A DNA stretch of 64,000 bases from Gammaproteobacteria bacterium (GCA_050298595.1 JBNKUM010000118.1:32001-96000); one strand, 5' to 3'. Shown: positions 14,542 to 26,953, counted from the stretch's first letter. Numbers and translations are program-made. The notes: generated by a model not told the origin, from the sequence alone.

Positions 14542-15699
14542 TTAGTGAACCGGCTTCAGGCTTGACCAGGATTTGCAGCTGGGACAATTCCAGAACATGC
14601 TTTGACTGCCATAGCCACAGATATTACAGGTGTATGCTACACGTTTATTTTTGATTTCCTTAAACTGACTAGTCAGATCGGGCCAGGTATCATCCAGATG
14701 TTGAGGGTAAGCCTTAAAATAGCGCATCGCAAATTCAAAAACGTCTAGTGCAGCTGACTGCTTGAGCGCCTGTTTGATAAATTCCAGCAACTGTTTGTGC
14801 TGATCTCCAGCCAGATAACTTTCAAGCAGTTCTACCGCCAGAGGGCTAACCGGCATTTTTTCATACTGCCTGTAAAGAAACTCCTGAAATCGCTGAGTAG
14901 AACCACGATTAAGTAATATTTCACGAGCAGCAGGAATCAATAGCTCGATCTGGTGAGAATTTGGTTCAAGTATCTGATCGAACAACCTGGTTGCTTTGCT
15001 TATCTCATTATTTTTCAAATGGACGTCGATCAATAACAGGGAGGCTCGCGTGCATTTACTATCGGTTTGCAGTGCCATATCAAGCTGCTCTCGTGCCTGT
15101 CTCAAATTACCTCTTGCCAGTGATTGCTGAGCCAGTTCGCAATAACAATGACTCAAAATCAGACGCGCATCGGGTTCATTCATATCAAGTAAGATTTTTG
15201 CTTCGTCTCTGGCTTCAAGCCATGACTTTTCCATACTATACAGTTGCAACAACTGGCGGTGAGCATGGGCATGTTGTGGATTTATTTGAACCAGTTCTTT
15301 ATACAGATTTTCTGCACGATCCAGCAGACCTGCTTTTTGATAATCCTCAGCCAGCTCAGACAATGCCATAACTCTTTGGCCCTGTTCAAGATTGGGTCTG
15401 GCTATCAGGTTTTGATGAATTTTAATGGCTCGATCTACTTCGCCTTTACTGCGGAAGAGATTACCTAAAGCGAGATGGGTTTCTATGGTGTCTTTATCAA
15501 CCTTGACCAGCTCTACAAATAACTCGATAGCTTTATCTGAGTTATTGGCCAACAGGTAATTCAAGCCCTGTATATAATATTCGGAACAGTTAGCAAAATC
15601 GCTCTGTGTTGATTTTGATGGCTTAGGCTTAGAAAAACGACCAACTAGCCATCCGCTAAATAAAGCCAGAAAAATAATGACTGGTAACCAGATATCCAT
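14542..15699 (-). CDS. lapB: LPS assembly protein B (TPR plus rubredoxin domain)
   Basis: N-terminal TM helix, GLNYLL, HLALGNLFRSKGEVDRAIKIHQNL, C-terminal CNICG...WNCPSCKSW. Confidence 0.95.
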   Translation of the reverse strand: MDIWLPVIIFLALFSGWLVGRFSKPKPSKSTQSDFANCSEYYIQGLNYLLANNSDKAIELFVELVKVDKDTIETHLALGNLFRSKGEVDRAIKIHQNLIARPNLEQGQRVMALSELAEDYQKAGLLDRAENLYKELVQINPQHAHAHRQLLQLYSMEKSWLEARDEAKILLDMNEPDARLILSHCYCELAQQSLARGNLRQAREQLDMALQTDSKCTRASLLLIDVHLKNNEISKATRLFDQILEPNSHQIELLIPAAREILLNRGSTQRFQEFLYRQYEKMPVSPLAVELLESYLAGDQHKQLLEFIKQALKQSAALDVFEFAMRYFKAYPQHLDDTWPDLTSQFKEIKNKRVAYTCNICGYGSQSMFWNCPSCKSWSSLKPVH

Positions 15700-15759
15700 A
15701 CGAGGGATGGTAGTCTACCTGGATTAAAGCATCAATGATTTGAATCGGGAGTAAAGCTT

Positions 15760-16071
15760 TTACTTCTGATTATTTGCGCGATCACGCAACTCCTTACCCG
15801 GCTTGAAATGCGGTACATATTTACCCGGCAATTCAACCTTATCACCTGATTTTGGGTTCCGGCCCACACGAGGAGGACGAAAATGCAGGCTAAAGCTTCC
15901 AAAGCCACGTATCTCTATTCTTTCACCCATAGATAACGCGTTGCTCATCATCTCGATTAAGCTTTTCACTGCCAACTCGACATCTTTATACGCAAGATGA
16001 CTTTGACTACGAGAAAGGTTATCGATCAAATCAGATTTTGTTAATGAAGGTATATATTCTTGTTCTTTCAT
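15760..16071 (-). CDS. ihfB: Integration host factor beta subunit
   Basis: [44 protein letters not shown]; follows rpsA. Confidence 0.96.
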   Translation of the reverse strand: MKEQEYIPSLTKSDLIDNLSRSQSHLAYKDVELAVKSLIEMMSNALSMGERIEIRGFGSFSLHFRPPRVGRNPKSGDKVELPGKYVPHFKPGKELRDRANNQK

Positions 16072-16089
16072 AACAACGCCCCTTATTGA

Positions 16090-16118
16090 ATAAAAGGGCG
16101 GGTAATTAACCCGCCCTT
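16090..16118 (-). terminator. Intrinsic terminator after rpsA
   Basis: Minus strand AAGGGCGGGT-taatt-ACCCGCCCTT (10 bp stem) followed by TTA, 5 nt after the rpsA stop. Confidence 0.75.
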
Positions 16119-16123
16119 CAATT

Positions 16124-17803
16124 TTACTCGTCTGAACCTAGCTTCTCTTTCAGCAGGTCACCCAGACTGGTAGTTGCTGCACTGCTATCACTGCTGGCAG
16201 CATAATCCTGTAAAGCTTCCTGTTCTTCATCAGCATCTTTGGCTTTGATTGACAGAAAAACACTACGGTTTTTACGATCCATACCGGTTAGTTTGGCTTC
16301 AACTTCATCACCTTCGCTAATGAAAGCTCTGGCATCTTCAACGCGATCTTTGGCCATTTCGGATGCACGCAGAATACCTTCCAGTCCATCACCCAGATCA
16401 ATGATAGCTGCTTTAGCATCTACCGATATGACCTTGCCTGTCACGATGCTACCCTTGGGGTAAGTACCGATGAAGTTAGCAAATGGGTCTTTATCCAGTT
16501 GTTTGATACCCAACGAGATACGCTCACGCTCAGGATCAATAGACAGAACCATGGCTTCAACTTCCTGGCCTTTCTGGTAATCGCGAACCGCTTCATCACC
16601 AGTTTTATGCCAGGATAGATCTGTCAGATGAATCAGACCATCAATATTGCCATCCAGGCCAATGAAGATACCAAAATCTGTAATTGACTTGATTTTACCA
16701 CTGATCAGATCGCCCTTGTTATGAGTTGCTGAGAACTCATCCCATGGATTAGCCTGACACTGCTTCATGCCCAGAGAAATACGACGACGTTCTTCATCGA
16801 TCTCAAGGATCATAACTTCAGTCTCATCACCCAGGTTTACAACCTTGTTTGGATTGACGTTCTTGTTAGTCCAATCCATTTCTGAAACGTGAACCAGGCC
16901 TTCAACACCATCTTCAATTTCAACAAAACAGCCGTAATCGGTGATATTGCTGACCTTACCGAACAGACGTGAACCTTCTGGATAGCGACGCATGATGTTA
17001 ACCCACGGATCATCACCCATCTGTTTCAGGCCAAGAGATACACGATTCTTATCACGGTCGAACTTCAGCACCACAACTTCGATTTCCTGTCCGATCTCAA
17101 CAACCTCTGAAGGATGCTTAACACGCTTCCAGGCCATATCGGTGATATGCAGCAGACCATCGATACCACCCAGGTCCAGGAACGCACCGTAATCGGTCAG
17201 GTTCTTGACAATAGCGGTAACCTTTTCGCCTTCTTTCAGTGATTCCAGCATTTTTTCGCGTTCTTCACTGAATTCCTGCTCAACCACTGCGCGACGAGAT
17301 ACCACAACATTGTTGCGCTTCTGGTCTAACTTGATGATTTTGAATTCTAAATCTTTTTCTTCGAGATATGCAGTATCTCTAACGGGTCTTACATCTACCA
17401 GTGAACCTGGCAGGAATGCACGAATTTCACCGATATCAACAGTAAATCCGCCTTTGACCTTTCCGGTAAAGCGACCGGTAACGATTTCGTCGGCTTCAAG
17501 CGCCTGCTCAAGACGTTTCCAGGCACGAGCACGTTTTGCTTTTTCGCGAGACAGTCTGGTTTCACCATAACCATCTTCAAATGAATCTAGTGCAACTTCA
17601 ACCTGATCACCGATCTCGACGCTGAGTTCACCTTTTTCATTGTAAAACTGTTCTACTGGTATAACACCTTCAGATTTGAGTCCGGCATTTACGATAACAA
17701 CATCGCGGTTGATACCAACAACCTCACCGGTAATTATTTCACCTACGTTCATATTTGTCTGAGCAATACTTGCCTCAAACATTTCTGCGAAACTTTCTGA
17801 CAT
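16124..17803 (-). CDS. rpsA: 30S ribosomal protein S1
   Basis: [10 protein letters not shown], six S1 repeats, [31 protein letters not shown]. Confidence 0.99.
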   Translation of the reverse strand: MSESFAEMFEASIAQTNMNVGEIITGEVVGINRDVVIVNAGLKSEGVIPVEQFYNEKGELSVEIGDQVEVALDSFEDGYGETRLSREKAKRARAWKRLEQALEADEIVTGRFTGKVKGGFTVDIGEIRAFLPGSLVDVRPVRDTAYLEEKDLEFKIIKLDQKRNNVVVSRRAVVEQEFSEEREKMLESLKEGEKVTAIVKNLTDYGAFLDLGGIDGLLHITDMAWKRVKHPSEVVEIGQEIEVVVLKFDRDKNRVSLGLKQMGDDPWVNIMRRYPEGSRLFGKVSNITDYGCFVEIEDGVEGLVHVSEMDWTNKNVNPNKVVNLGDETEVMILEIDEERRRISLGMKQCQANPWDEFSATHNKGDLISGKIKSITDFGIFIGLDGNIDGLIHLTDLSWHKTGDEAVRDYQKGQEVEAMVLSIDPERERISLGIKQLDKDPFANFIGTYPKGSIVTGKVISVDAKAAIIDLGDGLEGILRASEMAKDRVEDARAFISEGDEVEAKLTGMDRKNRSVFLSIKAKDADEEQEALQDYAASSDSSAATTSLGDLLKEKLGSDE

Positions 17804-17923
17804 GGAATTTCCTAAAGAATAAAATAAGTAATCAGGCTAAGGAGAGCCCAGATTACAGTCTAGTTAAACAACATGGTGGCAGAGTGCCTGACACCACACC
17901 TAAAATTACTGACGCATAAGTGA

Positions 17924-18610
17924 CTACACTTCAGTATTTGAATCGTTGATCGTTCGTATATGTTCCATCACCAGTTCAAATACCTGCTCCAGGTCCATCA
18001 TACTTGAATCAACAACTACTGCATCGGTAGCTGGAATCAACGGAGAAACAGGGCGATTCTGGTCGCGCTCGTCTCTGATTTCAATTTCTTTTTGCAGGTC
18101 GGCGATGTTAGCGGATAATCCCATATCAATCAACTGCTTATAACGCCTTTTTGCCCTTTGCTCGGCACTTGCGTGCAAATAAAGCTTAATTTTGGCATCT
18201 GGGAACACCACGGTACCCATATCACGACCATCAGCCACCAGCCCCGGAGGCTGAAAAAAATCTCGCTGTAACTGCAACAATTGTTCGCGAATGCTGGGAT
18301 ATGCAGCAATAACGGAGGCAGATGCGGCCGTTTTTTCTTCACGAATCTGGCTGGATACATCGACTCCATCCAGATAAGGGATAGTCAATTCGTCACCGGT
18401 TTTAAAACTGATCTGCATTGAGCTTATAGCGCCCAGTACTGCAGATTCATCTGTCAGATCGACGCCTTTTTTTAATGCCTGTAATGCCGCCAGACGATAA
18501 ATAGCCCCACTGTCCAGAATTTGAAACCCAAGTTCGCGTGCAACACGTAAAGCTAAACTCCCCTTACCTGAGCCACTGGGGCCATCGATTGTGATGACAT
18601 ATGCGGTCAT
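17924..18610 (-). CDS. cmk: Cytidylate kinase
   Basis: ITIDGPSGSGKG, LDSGAIYR, VADGRDMGTVVFP. Confidence 0.97.
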   Translation of the reverse strand: MTAYVITIDGPSGSGKGSLALRVARELGFQILDSGAIYRLAALQALKKGVDLTDESAVLGAISSMQISFKTGDELTIPYLDGVDVSSQIREEKTAASASVIAAYPSIREQLLQLQRDFFQPPGLVADGRDMGTVVFPDAKIKLYLHASAEQRAKRRYKQLIDMGLSANIADLQKEIEIRDERDQNRPVSPLIPATDAVVVDSSMMDLEQVFELVMEHIRTINDSNTEV

Positions 18611-19917
18611 GGCTTCTCCTCTACCCTGATATCGAAACCAGCATGTTTAGCCAGGTCACTAAAGCCTGGAAACGAGGTATTGACATTATCACAGTCATTA
18701 ATCGTGATGGTTCCCTTAGCTCGCAGTGATGCAACGGCAAAAGCCATCGCAATACGATGGTCGCCATGTGATTCAACAGTACCTGATCCAATTTGACCAC
18801 CCTGAATCACAATACCATCGGGCGTAGCCTCAGCAGAAATTCCCAGAGTGTTCAGGCCATCTGCCATTACCTGAATACGGTCACTCTCTTTTACTCTTAA
18901 TTCTTCTGCACCTGTAAGAATGGTAGTGCCTGTGGCGCAGCTCGCTGCAACGAACAGTACCGGAAATTCATCTATAGCTAAAGGGACCAGGTGTTCAGGG
19001 ATTTGAATGCCTTTTAACTGGGCACTGTGCACAACAATATCAGCCACTGGTTCTCCACCCACTTCACGCTCATTGATTAAAGTAATATCAGCCCCCATCA
19101 ATTGAAGGATATCTATGACACCTGTACGGGTTGGGTTGACACCCACATGAGTGAGCGTGAGTTCGCTATCAGGGGTAATACTAGCAGCAACCATAAAAAA
19201 AGCTGAGGATGATATATCAGCAGGAACTTCTATGTTGCAGGCTGTTAATTGCTGTCCGCCCTTCAGACTGATGTGATTGTCTTCAGTAATCACTTCACAA
19301 CCAAACCCACGTAGCATTCTTTCGCTATGGTCGCGTGTCGGGGCAGGCTCAATCACCTCCGTCACACCGTCAGCATATAGTCCTGCCAGCAGCACACAGG
19401 ATTTAATCTGAGCAGAGGCAACCGGTAAGGGATAACGAATTGATCGTAATGGATTATTCCGGGCATGAATTGTTAAGGGTGCTGTGCCCCCAGCCTGGCT
19501 ATCGACCCTGGCACCCATCAATTCAACCGGGTCTATTACCCGTTTCATTGGTCGTGATGATAGAGAAGCATCACCAATTAATACCGAATCAAATGCCTGG
19601 CCGCTTAACAAACCCACCAGTAAACGCATAGCTGTGCCTGAATTACCCATATCAAGTGCGGCAGCAGGTTTACACAGGCCATTCAAACCAACACCCTGAA
19701 CGATAATTTCAGATTTAGTTTGCTGAATATCTACCCCCATAGCCTGAAAAGCTTTCAATGTATTCAGGCTATCTTCACCATGTAAAAAACCGGTGATTTC
19801 GGTAGTACCATTGGCAATTGAAGCCAACATGATAGAACGGTGTGACATCGATTTGTCACCTGGCACCCGGACATAGCCGTAAACAGGACCAGCAGGATTG
19901 CAGATATAAGTTGTCAT
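18607..19917 (-). CDS. aroA: EPSP synthase (class II)
   Basis: PGDKSMSHR, GNSGTAMRL, ASAQIKS, RDHSE, ELRVKESDR, DHRIAM. Confidence 0.97.
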   Translation of the reverse strand: MTTYICNPAGPVYGYVRVPGDKSMSHRSIMLASIANGTTEITGFLHGEDSLNTLKAFQAMGVDIQQTKSEIIVQGVGLNGLCKPAAALDMGNSGTAMRLLVGLLSGQAFDSVLIGDASLSSRPMKRVIDPVELMGARVDSQAGGTAPLTIHARNNPLRSIRYPLPVASAQIKSCVLLAGLYADGVTEVIEPAPTRDHSERMLRGFGCEVITEDNHISLKGGQQLTACNIEVPADISSSAFFMVAASITPDSELTLTHVGVNPTRTGVIDILQLMGADITLINEREVGGEPVADIVVHSAQLKGIQIPEHLVPLAIDEFPVLFVAASCATGTTILTGAEELRVKESDRIQVMADGLNTLGISAEATPDGIVIQGGQIGSGTVESHGDHRIAMAFAVASLRAKGTITINDCDNVNTSFPGFSDLAKHAGFDIRVEEKP

Positions 19918-20019
19918 TACTTAAGTAAGTTAGGGTAAATTGAGAAAGCGAATTGTACCTTATGTTATAGAAGGAAATTACAAAAGGTTAATTAATAACT
20001 ATCAGAGCTGCCATACATA

Positions 20020-20880
20020 TTAAAGTTTGCGTAACTGATCTCGCGTATGCTTCGCATCTTTGAAAGAATCGTGTAGCGCTTCAGCATCATGCTCCCTGAT
20101 GGCTTTTGAGATCGAATCCAGTTCGCGCTGATAGCCTTCGATCAATTCCAGCAAAGCCTCGCTATTGGCCAGGCAGATATCACGCCACATCACCGGGTCG
20201 CTGGATGCAATACGGGTAAAGTCTCGAAAACCACCCGCAGCATAACTAAAGATCTCATCCTGATCACTCATCTTGGATAAATGTGATACCAGTGAAAAAG
20301 CCAACATATGTGGTAAATGTGAAGTAGCCGCAAGCACCCGGTCATGATGCTGCACATCCATGGATTCAACCTCTGCTGAACAGGCTAGCCACATATTACG
20401 CACGGTTTCCAGCGCATCGGCAGATGTCTCAGCTATGGGTGTTAGAATTATTTTCCGATTTTGATACAGGGTAGCAAAGCCCGCTTCAACACCACTGCGT
20501 TCAGTACCCGCGATAGGATGACCCGGTACAAAGCGTGCTACATTTTTGCCCAGGCGTGCTCTAGCACAATCAATGACGCTTGCTTTAGCACTTCCAACAT
20601 CGGTAATCACAGCAGTTTCTGAAATCGCATCTGCCAGTTCAGCAAACACAGCATCCATTGCTCCTAAAGGCACTGCAACCACAACCACATCAGCATCTTT
20701 AACCGCATCGGCGATCGTTGTTTGATAGTTATCCAGAACACCGAGTTGCACACCCAGCTTTAGATTTTCGACATTACGGCCATAACCGGTTACTTTTTTT
20801 ACATACCCAGCCTGTTTGAGAGCCAAAGCAAGCGAGCTGCCGATCAAACCAACACCGATTATGCTTAAATGATCAATCAT
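20020..20880 (-). CDS. tyrA: Prephenate/arogenate dehydrogenase
   Basis: GVGLIGSS Rossmann motif, TDVGSAK, GHPIAGTE, HDRVLAATSHLPH, GGFRDFTRIASS. Confidence 0.92.
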   Translation of the reverse strand: MIDHLSIIGVGLIGSSLALALKQAGYVKKVTGYGRNVENLKLGVQLGVLDNYQTTIADAVKDADVVVVAVPLGAMDAVFAELADAISETAVITDVGSAKASVIDCARARLGKNVARFVPGHPIAGTERSGVEAGFATLYQNRKIILTPIAETSADALETVRNMWLACSAEVESMDVQHHDRVLAATSHLPHMLAFSLVSHLSKMSDQDEIFSYAAGGFRDFTRIASSDPVMWRDICLANSEALLELIEGYQRELDSISKAIREHDAEALHDSFKDAKHTRDQLRKL

Positions 20881-20924
20881 TGGTTTTACATTCCAAATAG
20901 CTTAAAGATTCCTTCGCCCGCATG

Positions 20925-22031
20925 TTAAAGCGCAATTTTTGGATAAGAGCCGAGAATTTTGAATAGTGCCGCCTGCTTCTGCAAGCCTTCCAGAGCAATA
21001 GCCACATGCTCATCGTTTTGATGGCCATCAATATCGATAAAAAACACATAATCCCACAAACGATCTGGCGAGGGACGTGATTCAATCTTATTCATACTTA
21101 TTTTATTTTCCGCCAGAGGCGACAGCAGTGAGAGTAATGAACCCGGCTGGTTGCGCGTGGATAATAACAATGAAGTCTTATCGTGTCCGCTGGGTGCTAC
21201 TTCCATATCGCCTATCACCATGAAACGAGTAGTATTATTTACCATATCCTCAACATTTTTTGCACAAACCTTAAGCCCGACTATTTCAACAGCCTGAATA
21301 CCGCAAATTGCAGCTGCTGTTTTATCTTCGCTGGCCAGATGAGCAGCTTCAGAATTACTGTTTACAGGAATACGCTCTATGCCCGGATAATTCTGGTCAA
21401 GCCAGTTTCGACATTGGGCAAAAGATTGCTGGTGCGAGTATATCTTTTTTATATCAGCAGGATTCTGGCTAAGATTTGCTAATTGATGGTGAATACGGAT
21501 TTCAACTTCTCCACACACTTTAAGATCACTATGTAAAAACATATCCAGAGTATGGCTGATTACACCTTCAGTAGAGTTCTCCACTGGTACCAGCCCGAAG
21601 TCTGCATGCCCGGCTTCGACCGCATTAAAAACATCAGGAATACAACTTAAAGCCACTGTATCGACCGAGTGACCAAAGTGTTTTAACGCAGCAGCCTGAG
21701 TGAAAGTTCCCTCAGGTCCCAGATAGGCGATACGCAAAGGTTGTTCAAGAGCAAGGCAGGCTGACATCACTTCGCGTATCAGGCGCCCAGCCTCTTTATC
21801 GCTAAGCGGTCCCTGATTCAATTGTTTCAGGCGATTGATCACCTGAACTTCACGATCAGGGCGAAAAAAATCCAGAGCCTCACCGTCCTTCAGCTCGGCT
21901 TTTTTTGCTTCAGCCACCTGGATAGCGTACTGCGCGCGTTGGTTAAATAACTTTAATAATTGCTCATCGATTTCATCGATGCGCTGTCGTAAGCTGAGTA
22001 AATCAGGAGTTGAATCGGTTTTTTGGGACAT
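20925..22031 (-). CDS. pheA: Chorismate mutase / prephenate dehydratase (P-protein)
   Basis: LRQRIDEID chorismate mutase domain, AYLGPEGTFT, PVENSTEG, NTTRF, IESRP ACT domain. Confidence 0.96.
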   Translation of the reverse strand: MSQKTDSTPDLLSLRQRIDEIDEQLLKLFNQRAQYAIQVAEAKKAELKDGEALDFFRPDREVQVINRLKQLNQGPLSDKEAGRLIREVMSACLALEQPLRIAYLGPEGTFTQAAALKHFGHSVDTVALSCIPDVFNAVEAGHADFGLVPVENSTEGVISHTLDMFLHSDLKVCGEVEIRIHHQLANLSQNPADIKKIYSHQQSFAQCRNWLDQNYPGIERIPVNSNSEAAHLASEDKTAAAICGIQAVEIVGLKVCAKNVEDMVNNTTRFMVIGDMEVAPSGHDKTSLLLSTRNQPGSLLSLLSPLAENKISMNKIESRPSPDRLWDYVFFIDIDGHQNDEHVAIALEGLQKQAALFKILGSYPKIAL

Positions 22032-23194
22032 CAGATAATACGTACTGCCAGTACACCTTTGATTTGTTTTATTTGTTCAGCCACTGAAGCATCAATGGTT
22101 TTATCCAGATCCATCACAGTATATGCAATATCCTTACGTGACTCATTCACCATATGGTGGATGTTAATATTGTTCGCACCGAGAATATGTGAAATCTGCC
22201 CAACCATATCCGGCATATTCTGATTTACAACGGTAAGACGAAAATCGGTAGCCCTTGCCAACTGAACCTCGGGAAAATTTACCGAATTAGTAACATTCCC
22301 ATTTTCCAGATAATCACGTATCTGATCAGCCACCATAATCGCACAATTCTGTTCGGCTTCATGGGTTGAGGCACCCAGATGCGGTAGCATAATCACACCC
22401 TTTTTCCCTTTTAGCAGGTTTGAAGGAAAGTCAGAGACATAGGCCTGCAAATGATCCGATGCCAGTGAATCCAGTACCGCCTGATCATCGACGATACCAT
22501 CTCGAGAAAAATTTAAAATCACGCCACCCTTTTTCATCATCGCAAGACGTTCAGCATTGATAATATTTTTTGTTGCCGGGATTAACGGCACATGCAAGGA
22601 GATAAAATCCACCTTGGTCATCATACTATCAACGCTACTGGTTGCTTTTACATCAGCGGACAGGTTCCAGGCGCTTTTTACGCTAATACCAGGATCATAA
22701 CCAATTACCTTCATACCCAGAGATCGAGCCACATTTGCTACCTTGACCCCTATCGCACCCAGACCAATAACACCTAATGTACGACCTGGTAATTCGTAGC
22801 CTACGTATTTTTTCTTTCCTTCTTCAACCTGTTTCGATATCGCTACATCATCGCCTTTCAACTGACTGGTATATTCCCAGGCCTGGCATAGATTACGACA
22901 GGCAAGCAACATACCTGCAACCACTAGCTCCTTTACTGCATTGGCATTCGCGCCGGGTGCATTGAATACAGCCACCCCGCGTTCGCTCATTTTTTCCAGT
23001 GGAATATTATTAACCCCGGCACCAGCTCGACCTACTGCTACGAGTGAAGACGGGATTTCCATATCATGCATCTTGAAAGATCGCAGTAAGATTGCATCAG
23101 GCTCAGAACATTCAGATGAAACCTCGTAGTCTCCGCGAGGTAAACGTTCCAGACCCTGAGCCGAGATATTATTCAGAGTTAATATTTTTTTCAT
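22031..23194 (-). CDS. serA: D-3-phosphoglycerate dehydrogenase (about 390 aa, with ACT domain)
   Basis: RAGAGVNNIP, PGANANAVKEL, GLGAIG, PHLGASTHEA; directly downstream of serC. Confidence 0.9.
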   Translation of the reverse strand: MKKILTLNNISAQGLERLPRGDYEVSSECSEPDAILLRSFKMHDMEIPSSLVAVGRAGAGVNNIPLEKMSERGVAVFNAPGANANAVKELVVAGMLLACRNLCQAWEYTSQLKGDDVAISKQVEEGKKKYVGYELPGRTLGVIGLGAIGVKVANVARSLGMKVIGYDPGISVKSAWNLSADVKATSSVDSMMTKVDFISLHVPLIPATKNIINAERLAMMKKGGVILNFSRDGIVDDQAVLDSLASDHLQAYVSDFPSNLLKGKKGVIMLPHLGASTHEAEQNCAIMVADQIRDYLENGNVTNSVNFPEVQLARATDFRLTVVNQNMPDMVGQISHILGANNINIHHMVNESRKDIAYTVMDLDKTIDASVAEQIKQIKGVLAVRII

Positions 23195-23205
23195 TGGACT
23201 AATCC

Positions 23206-24288
23206 TTATCCATTGCGATTGGAGAAATCTTTCATGAACTCAATCAGAGTATCCACACCCTCTTCTGGCATTGCATTATAGATACTGGCTCGCATGCCAC
23301 CCACTGAACGATGTCCTTTTAGAGTCACCAGACCCGCTTCCTTCGCTTCAGACAGGAAGGCAGCGTCCAGTTCTGAATTTTTCAGCACGAAAGGTACATT
23401 CATCCAGGAACGATTTTCCACCCTGACAGGGTTGGAGTAAAAATCATTTCCATCAATAGCAGCATATAACTTTTGTGCCTTACGCTGATTTACTTCACCC
23501 ATTGCGCTTAATCCACCATTCTTTTTCAACCACTGAAATACCAGACCGGAAAGATACCAGGCATAGGTGGGAGGTGTGTTGTACATCGATTCGTTTTCAG
23601 CATAGGTCGCATAATTCAGCATAGCCGGGCAGCTATCAGTGGCAGAACCTATCAGATCATCACGAACAATGGCTATGGTTAAACCGGCAGGTCCGATATT
23701 CTTCTGTGCTCCCGCATAAATAATACCGTATTTGGTGACATCTACTGGACGCGAAAGAATAGTAGATGACATATCTGCAACAATCGGTACATCACCTGTA
23801 TCAGGTAATCCATCAAACTCTACACCGCCGATAGTTTCGTTTGGCGTGATATGGACATAGGCGGCATCACTGGATAAGGTCCAGTCAGCATAATCGGGCA
23901 CAGAATTAAAACCATCCGCTTCAGAGCTTGCACAGATATTGACTTCTCCATAACGCTTACCTTCAGAGATCGCCTTCCTGGACCAGGCCCCAGTGTTACT
24001 ATAATCCGCTTTACCAGTGCGCCCCATCAAATTTAACGGTACCATAGCAAATTGAGTGCTTGCTCCACCTTGCAGAAACAGCACTTTATAGTTATCAGGA
24101 ATAGACATTAACTCTCGTAAATCCTTTTCAGCAGTGCTGGCAATGCCCATAAACTCCTTGCCACGATGACTCATTTCCATCACCGACATACCACATCCCT
24201 GCCAGTCAATCAGTTCCTCTTGTGCCTGTTGCAATACTTCAGCCGGCAACACAGCCGGACCTGCACTGAAATTAAACACTTTTGCCAT
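23206..24288 (-). CDS. serC: Phosphoserine aminotransferase
   Basis: [44 protein letters not shown]. Confidence 0.98.
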   Translation of the reverse strand: MAKVFNFSAGPAVLPAEVLQQAQEELIDWQGCGMSVMEMSHRGKEFMGIASTAEKDLRELMSIPDNYKVLFLQGGASTQFAMVPLNLMGRTGKADYSNTGAWSRKAISEGKRYGEVNICASSEADGFNSVPDYADWTLSSDAAYVHITPNETIGGVEFDGLPDTGDVPIVADMSSTILSRPVDVTKYGIIYAGAQKNIGPAGLTIAIVRDDLIGSATDSCPAMLNYATYAENESMYNTPPTYAWYLSGLVFQWLKKNGGLSAMGEVNQRKAQKLYAAIDGNDFYSNPVRVENRSWMNVPFVLKNSELDAAFLSEAKEAGLVTLKGHRSVGGMRASIYNAMPEEGVDTLIEFMKDFSNRNG

Positions 24289-24388
24289 TCTCTTTTCCCA
24301 TTGAGTTAAAAAGTTTAAAGTTTCCCTCTGCTACCAGTTGAGTAAAAAATAAAACTCAGCGCTATTCGAAAAGGGTGTATTAGTGAAT

Positions 24389-26953
24389 CTATTCTTCGCC
24401 AGCATCTCCGTTCTCTTCATCGTCGGTGGCAACAGGCTCAATTTGAACCAGTTTTTCATCTTTGCTAAGACGTATCAGGGTGACACCCTGAGTATTACGC
24501 GACATGACTGAAATATCTGAAACTGGGGTACGCACCAGAGTACCGGCATTACTGATCAACATGACTTCATCTTCATCACTGGCAAGAATAGCGCCAACTA
24601 CCTTTCCGTTTCTATCGCTAGTCTGGATTGAAATCACGCCCTGGCCACCACGCCCCTGACGGGAGAAATCTGACACTATGGTACGTTTTCCAAAACCGTT
24701 TTCAGTAGCAAACAGTATGGTATTTTCTACTTCAGGTTGAACTGCGATCAATGAGATCACCTGATCGTCAGGTTTAATCCGAATACCGCGTACACCCGCT
24801 GCAGTACGGCCCATGGCGCGTACACCCTGTTCGGGGAAGCGTATACCCTTACCAGAAGCGGTAAACATCATCAGGTCTTTTTCACCGTGAGTGAGTTGTA
24901 CACCCACCAGACTATCATCATCGCGCAGGTCAATCGCAATAATGCCATTTGTTCTGGGGCGGGAGAAACTGGAAAGTGGCGTACGTTTTACCGTACCGCT
25001 AGTAGTAGCGAAAAAGATAAAATCACTTTCTGGATAATCACGTACCGGCAGTATAGCGGTAATGCGTTCATTTTCTTCCAGCGGTAACAGGTTAACCATA
25101 GGACGACCACGTGCCGTTCTGGAACCAATAGGTAACTGATAAACCTTTAGCCAGTAAACCTTGCCAAGTGTGGAGAAACATAACAGCGTATCGTGAGTAG
25201 AAGCGATAAACATCTTTTCGATAAAATCTTCATCCTTAACCTTAGTGGCTGCTTTGCCGCGCCCACCTCTTTTTTGGGCCGTATAGGCCTCTAAAGGCTG
25301 CGCCTTTGCGTAGCCAGCATGACTTAAGGTCACCACGACTTCTTCATCATTGATTAAATCTTCAACCGTCAAATCCTGCTGATCAATAACGATTTCTGTA
25401 CGTCGTGGATCGGCAAACTGTTCTTTGGCTGAGAGTAATTCAATACGGATTTCGGACATCAGGCGCTCTTCGCGATTCAGGATATCCAGTAAGTCTTCAA
25501 TCTTTTCCAGGATTTCGCGGTACTCGCTGATAATTTTTTCCTGCTCTAAACCAGTCAGCTTGTGCAGCCTTAAATCCAGAATCGACTGAGCCTGTTTTTC
25601 AGTCAGGTGGTAGGCATTGTCATTCAGACCGAATTCAGTCCCCAGCCCATCTGGGCGTGATGCTGCAGAACCGGCACGCAATAACATGTCATTGACCAGT
25701 CCAGGCGCCCAGGCACGTTCCAGTAAGGATGCCTTTGCAACCGCAGGACTAGGAGATTTTTTGATCAATTCGATAATTTCATCGATATTGGACAGGGCAA
25801 CCGCCAGACCTTCTAACAGATGCGCACGTTCACGCGCCTTACGTAAATCATAAATGGTTCTACGGGTAACGATTTCACGACGATGACGGATAAAGGCATG
25901 CAGGATCTGACTCAGATTCAACAAACGCGGCTGGCCATCGACCAAAGCCACCATATTGATACCAAATACATTTTGTAATTGAGTTTGCTGGTACAGGTTA
26001 TTCAGAATCACATCGGCGATTTCACCTCGACGTAATTCGATTACCATGCGCATACCGTCCTTATCAGACTCATCACGTAGGCCGGTGATTCCTTCTATTT
26101 TCTTTTCTTTAACAAGCTCAGCAATCTTTTCCAGCAAACGCGCCTTGTTCACCTGATAAGGTAACTCATGCACGATAATACTTAGCTTACCGGACTTCTC
26201 ATCTTCTTCTATCTCAGTACGAGCTCGCAGGTAAATTCTGCCACGGCCTGTTCGATAGGCCTCACGTATGCCACGCGCACCGTTGATGAAGGCAGCAGTT
26301 GGGAAATCGGGCCCAGGAATACATTCCATTAACTGTTCAACGGTTGCATCGGGTTGATCAACCAGCAATACACAGGCATCAATCACTTCACCCAGATTAT
26401 GCGGTGGGATATTAGTCGCCATACCCACGGCGATACCGGATGAACCATTCACCAGTAGATTAGGAATTTTGGTTGGCAGAACTGAGGGTTCTGACTCTGA
26501 TTCATCATAGTTAGGAATGAAATCAACGGTTTCCTTTTCCAGGTCGGCCAGCAACTCGTGCGCAATCTTGGACATACGGACTTCTGTATATCGCATTGCA
26601 GCAGGCGAATCACCATCCACCGAACCAAAGTTACCCTGACCATCAATCAGCATATGACGTAAGGAAAATGGCTGTGCCATACGTACTATCGTATCGTACA
26701 CTGCAGTATCACCATGCGGGTGATATTTACCGATTACATCACCCACAACACGGGCAGATTTCTTGTAAGGTTTATTCCAGTCATTGCCCAGTTCGCTCAT
26801 CGCGAACAGCACTCTTCGATGCACCGGTTTCAAGCCATCGCGTACATCAGGAAGAGCACGACCAACGATGACACTCATGGCGTATTCAAGATACGACTGG
26901 CGCATCTCATCTTCAAGGTTTACGGGAAAGATTTCCTTTGCTATATCAGCCAT
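24389..26953 (-). CDS. gyrA: DNA gyrase subunit A
   Basis: [28 protein letters not shown], GyrA-box QKRGGRG. Confidence 0.99.
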   Translation of the reverse strand: MADIAKEIFPVNLEDEMRQSYLEYAMSVIVGRALPDVRDGLKPVHRRVLFAMSELGNDWNKPYKKSARVVGDVIGKYHPHGDTAVYDTIVRMAQPFSLRHMLIDGQGNFGSVDGDSPAAMRYTEVRMSKIAHELLADLEKETVDFIPNYDESESEPSVLPTKIPNLLVNGSSGIAVGMATNIPPHNLGEVIDACVLLVDQPDATVEQLMECIPGPDFPTAAFINGARGIREAYRTGRGRIYLRARTEIEEDEKSGKLSIIVHELPYQVNKARLLEKIAELVKEKKIEGITGLRDESDKDGMRMVIELRRGEIADVILNNLYQQTQLQNVFGINMVALVDGQPRLLNLSQILHAFIRHRREIVTRRTIYDLRKARERAHLLEGLAVALSNIDEIIELIKKSPSPAVAKASLLERAWAPGLVNDMLLRAGSAASRPDGLGTEFGLNDNAYHLTEKQAQSILDLRLHKLTGLEQEKIISEYREILEKIEDLLDILNREERLMSEIRIELLSAKEQFADPRRTEIVIDQQDLTVEDLINDEEVVVTLSHAGYAKAQPLEAYTAQKRGGRGKAATKVKDEDFIEKMFIASTHDTLLCFSTLGKVYWLKVYQLPIGSRTARGRPMVNLLPLEENERITAILPVRDYPESDFIFFATTSGTVKRTPLSSFSRPRTNGIIAIDLRDDDSLVGVQLTHGEKDLMMFTASGKGIRFPEQGVRAMGRTAAGVRGIRIKPDDQVISLIAVQPEVENTILFATENGFGKRTIVSDFSRQGRGGQGVISIQTSDRNGKVVGAILASDEDEVMLISNAGTLVRTPVSDISVMSRNTQGVTLIRLSKDEKLVQIEPVATDDEENGDAGEE

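Noticed and set aside
20020-24288. serA between serC and pheA, and no hisC before tyrA
   Set aside because: A known variant of the gyrA-serC-pheA-aroA-cmk superoperon; not novel.
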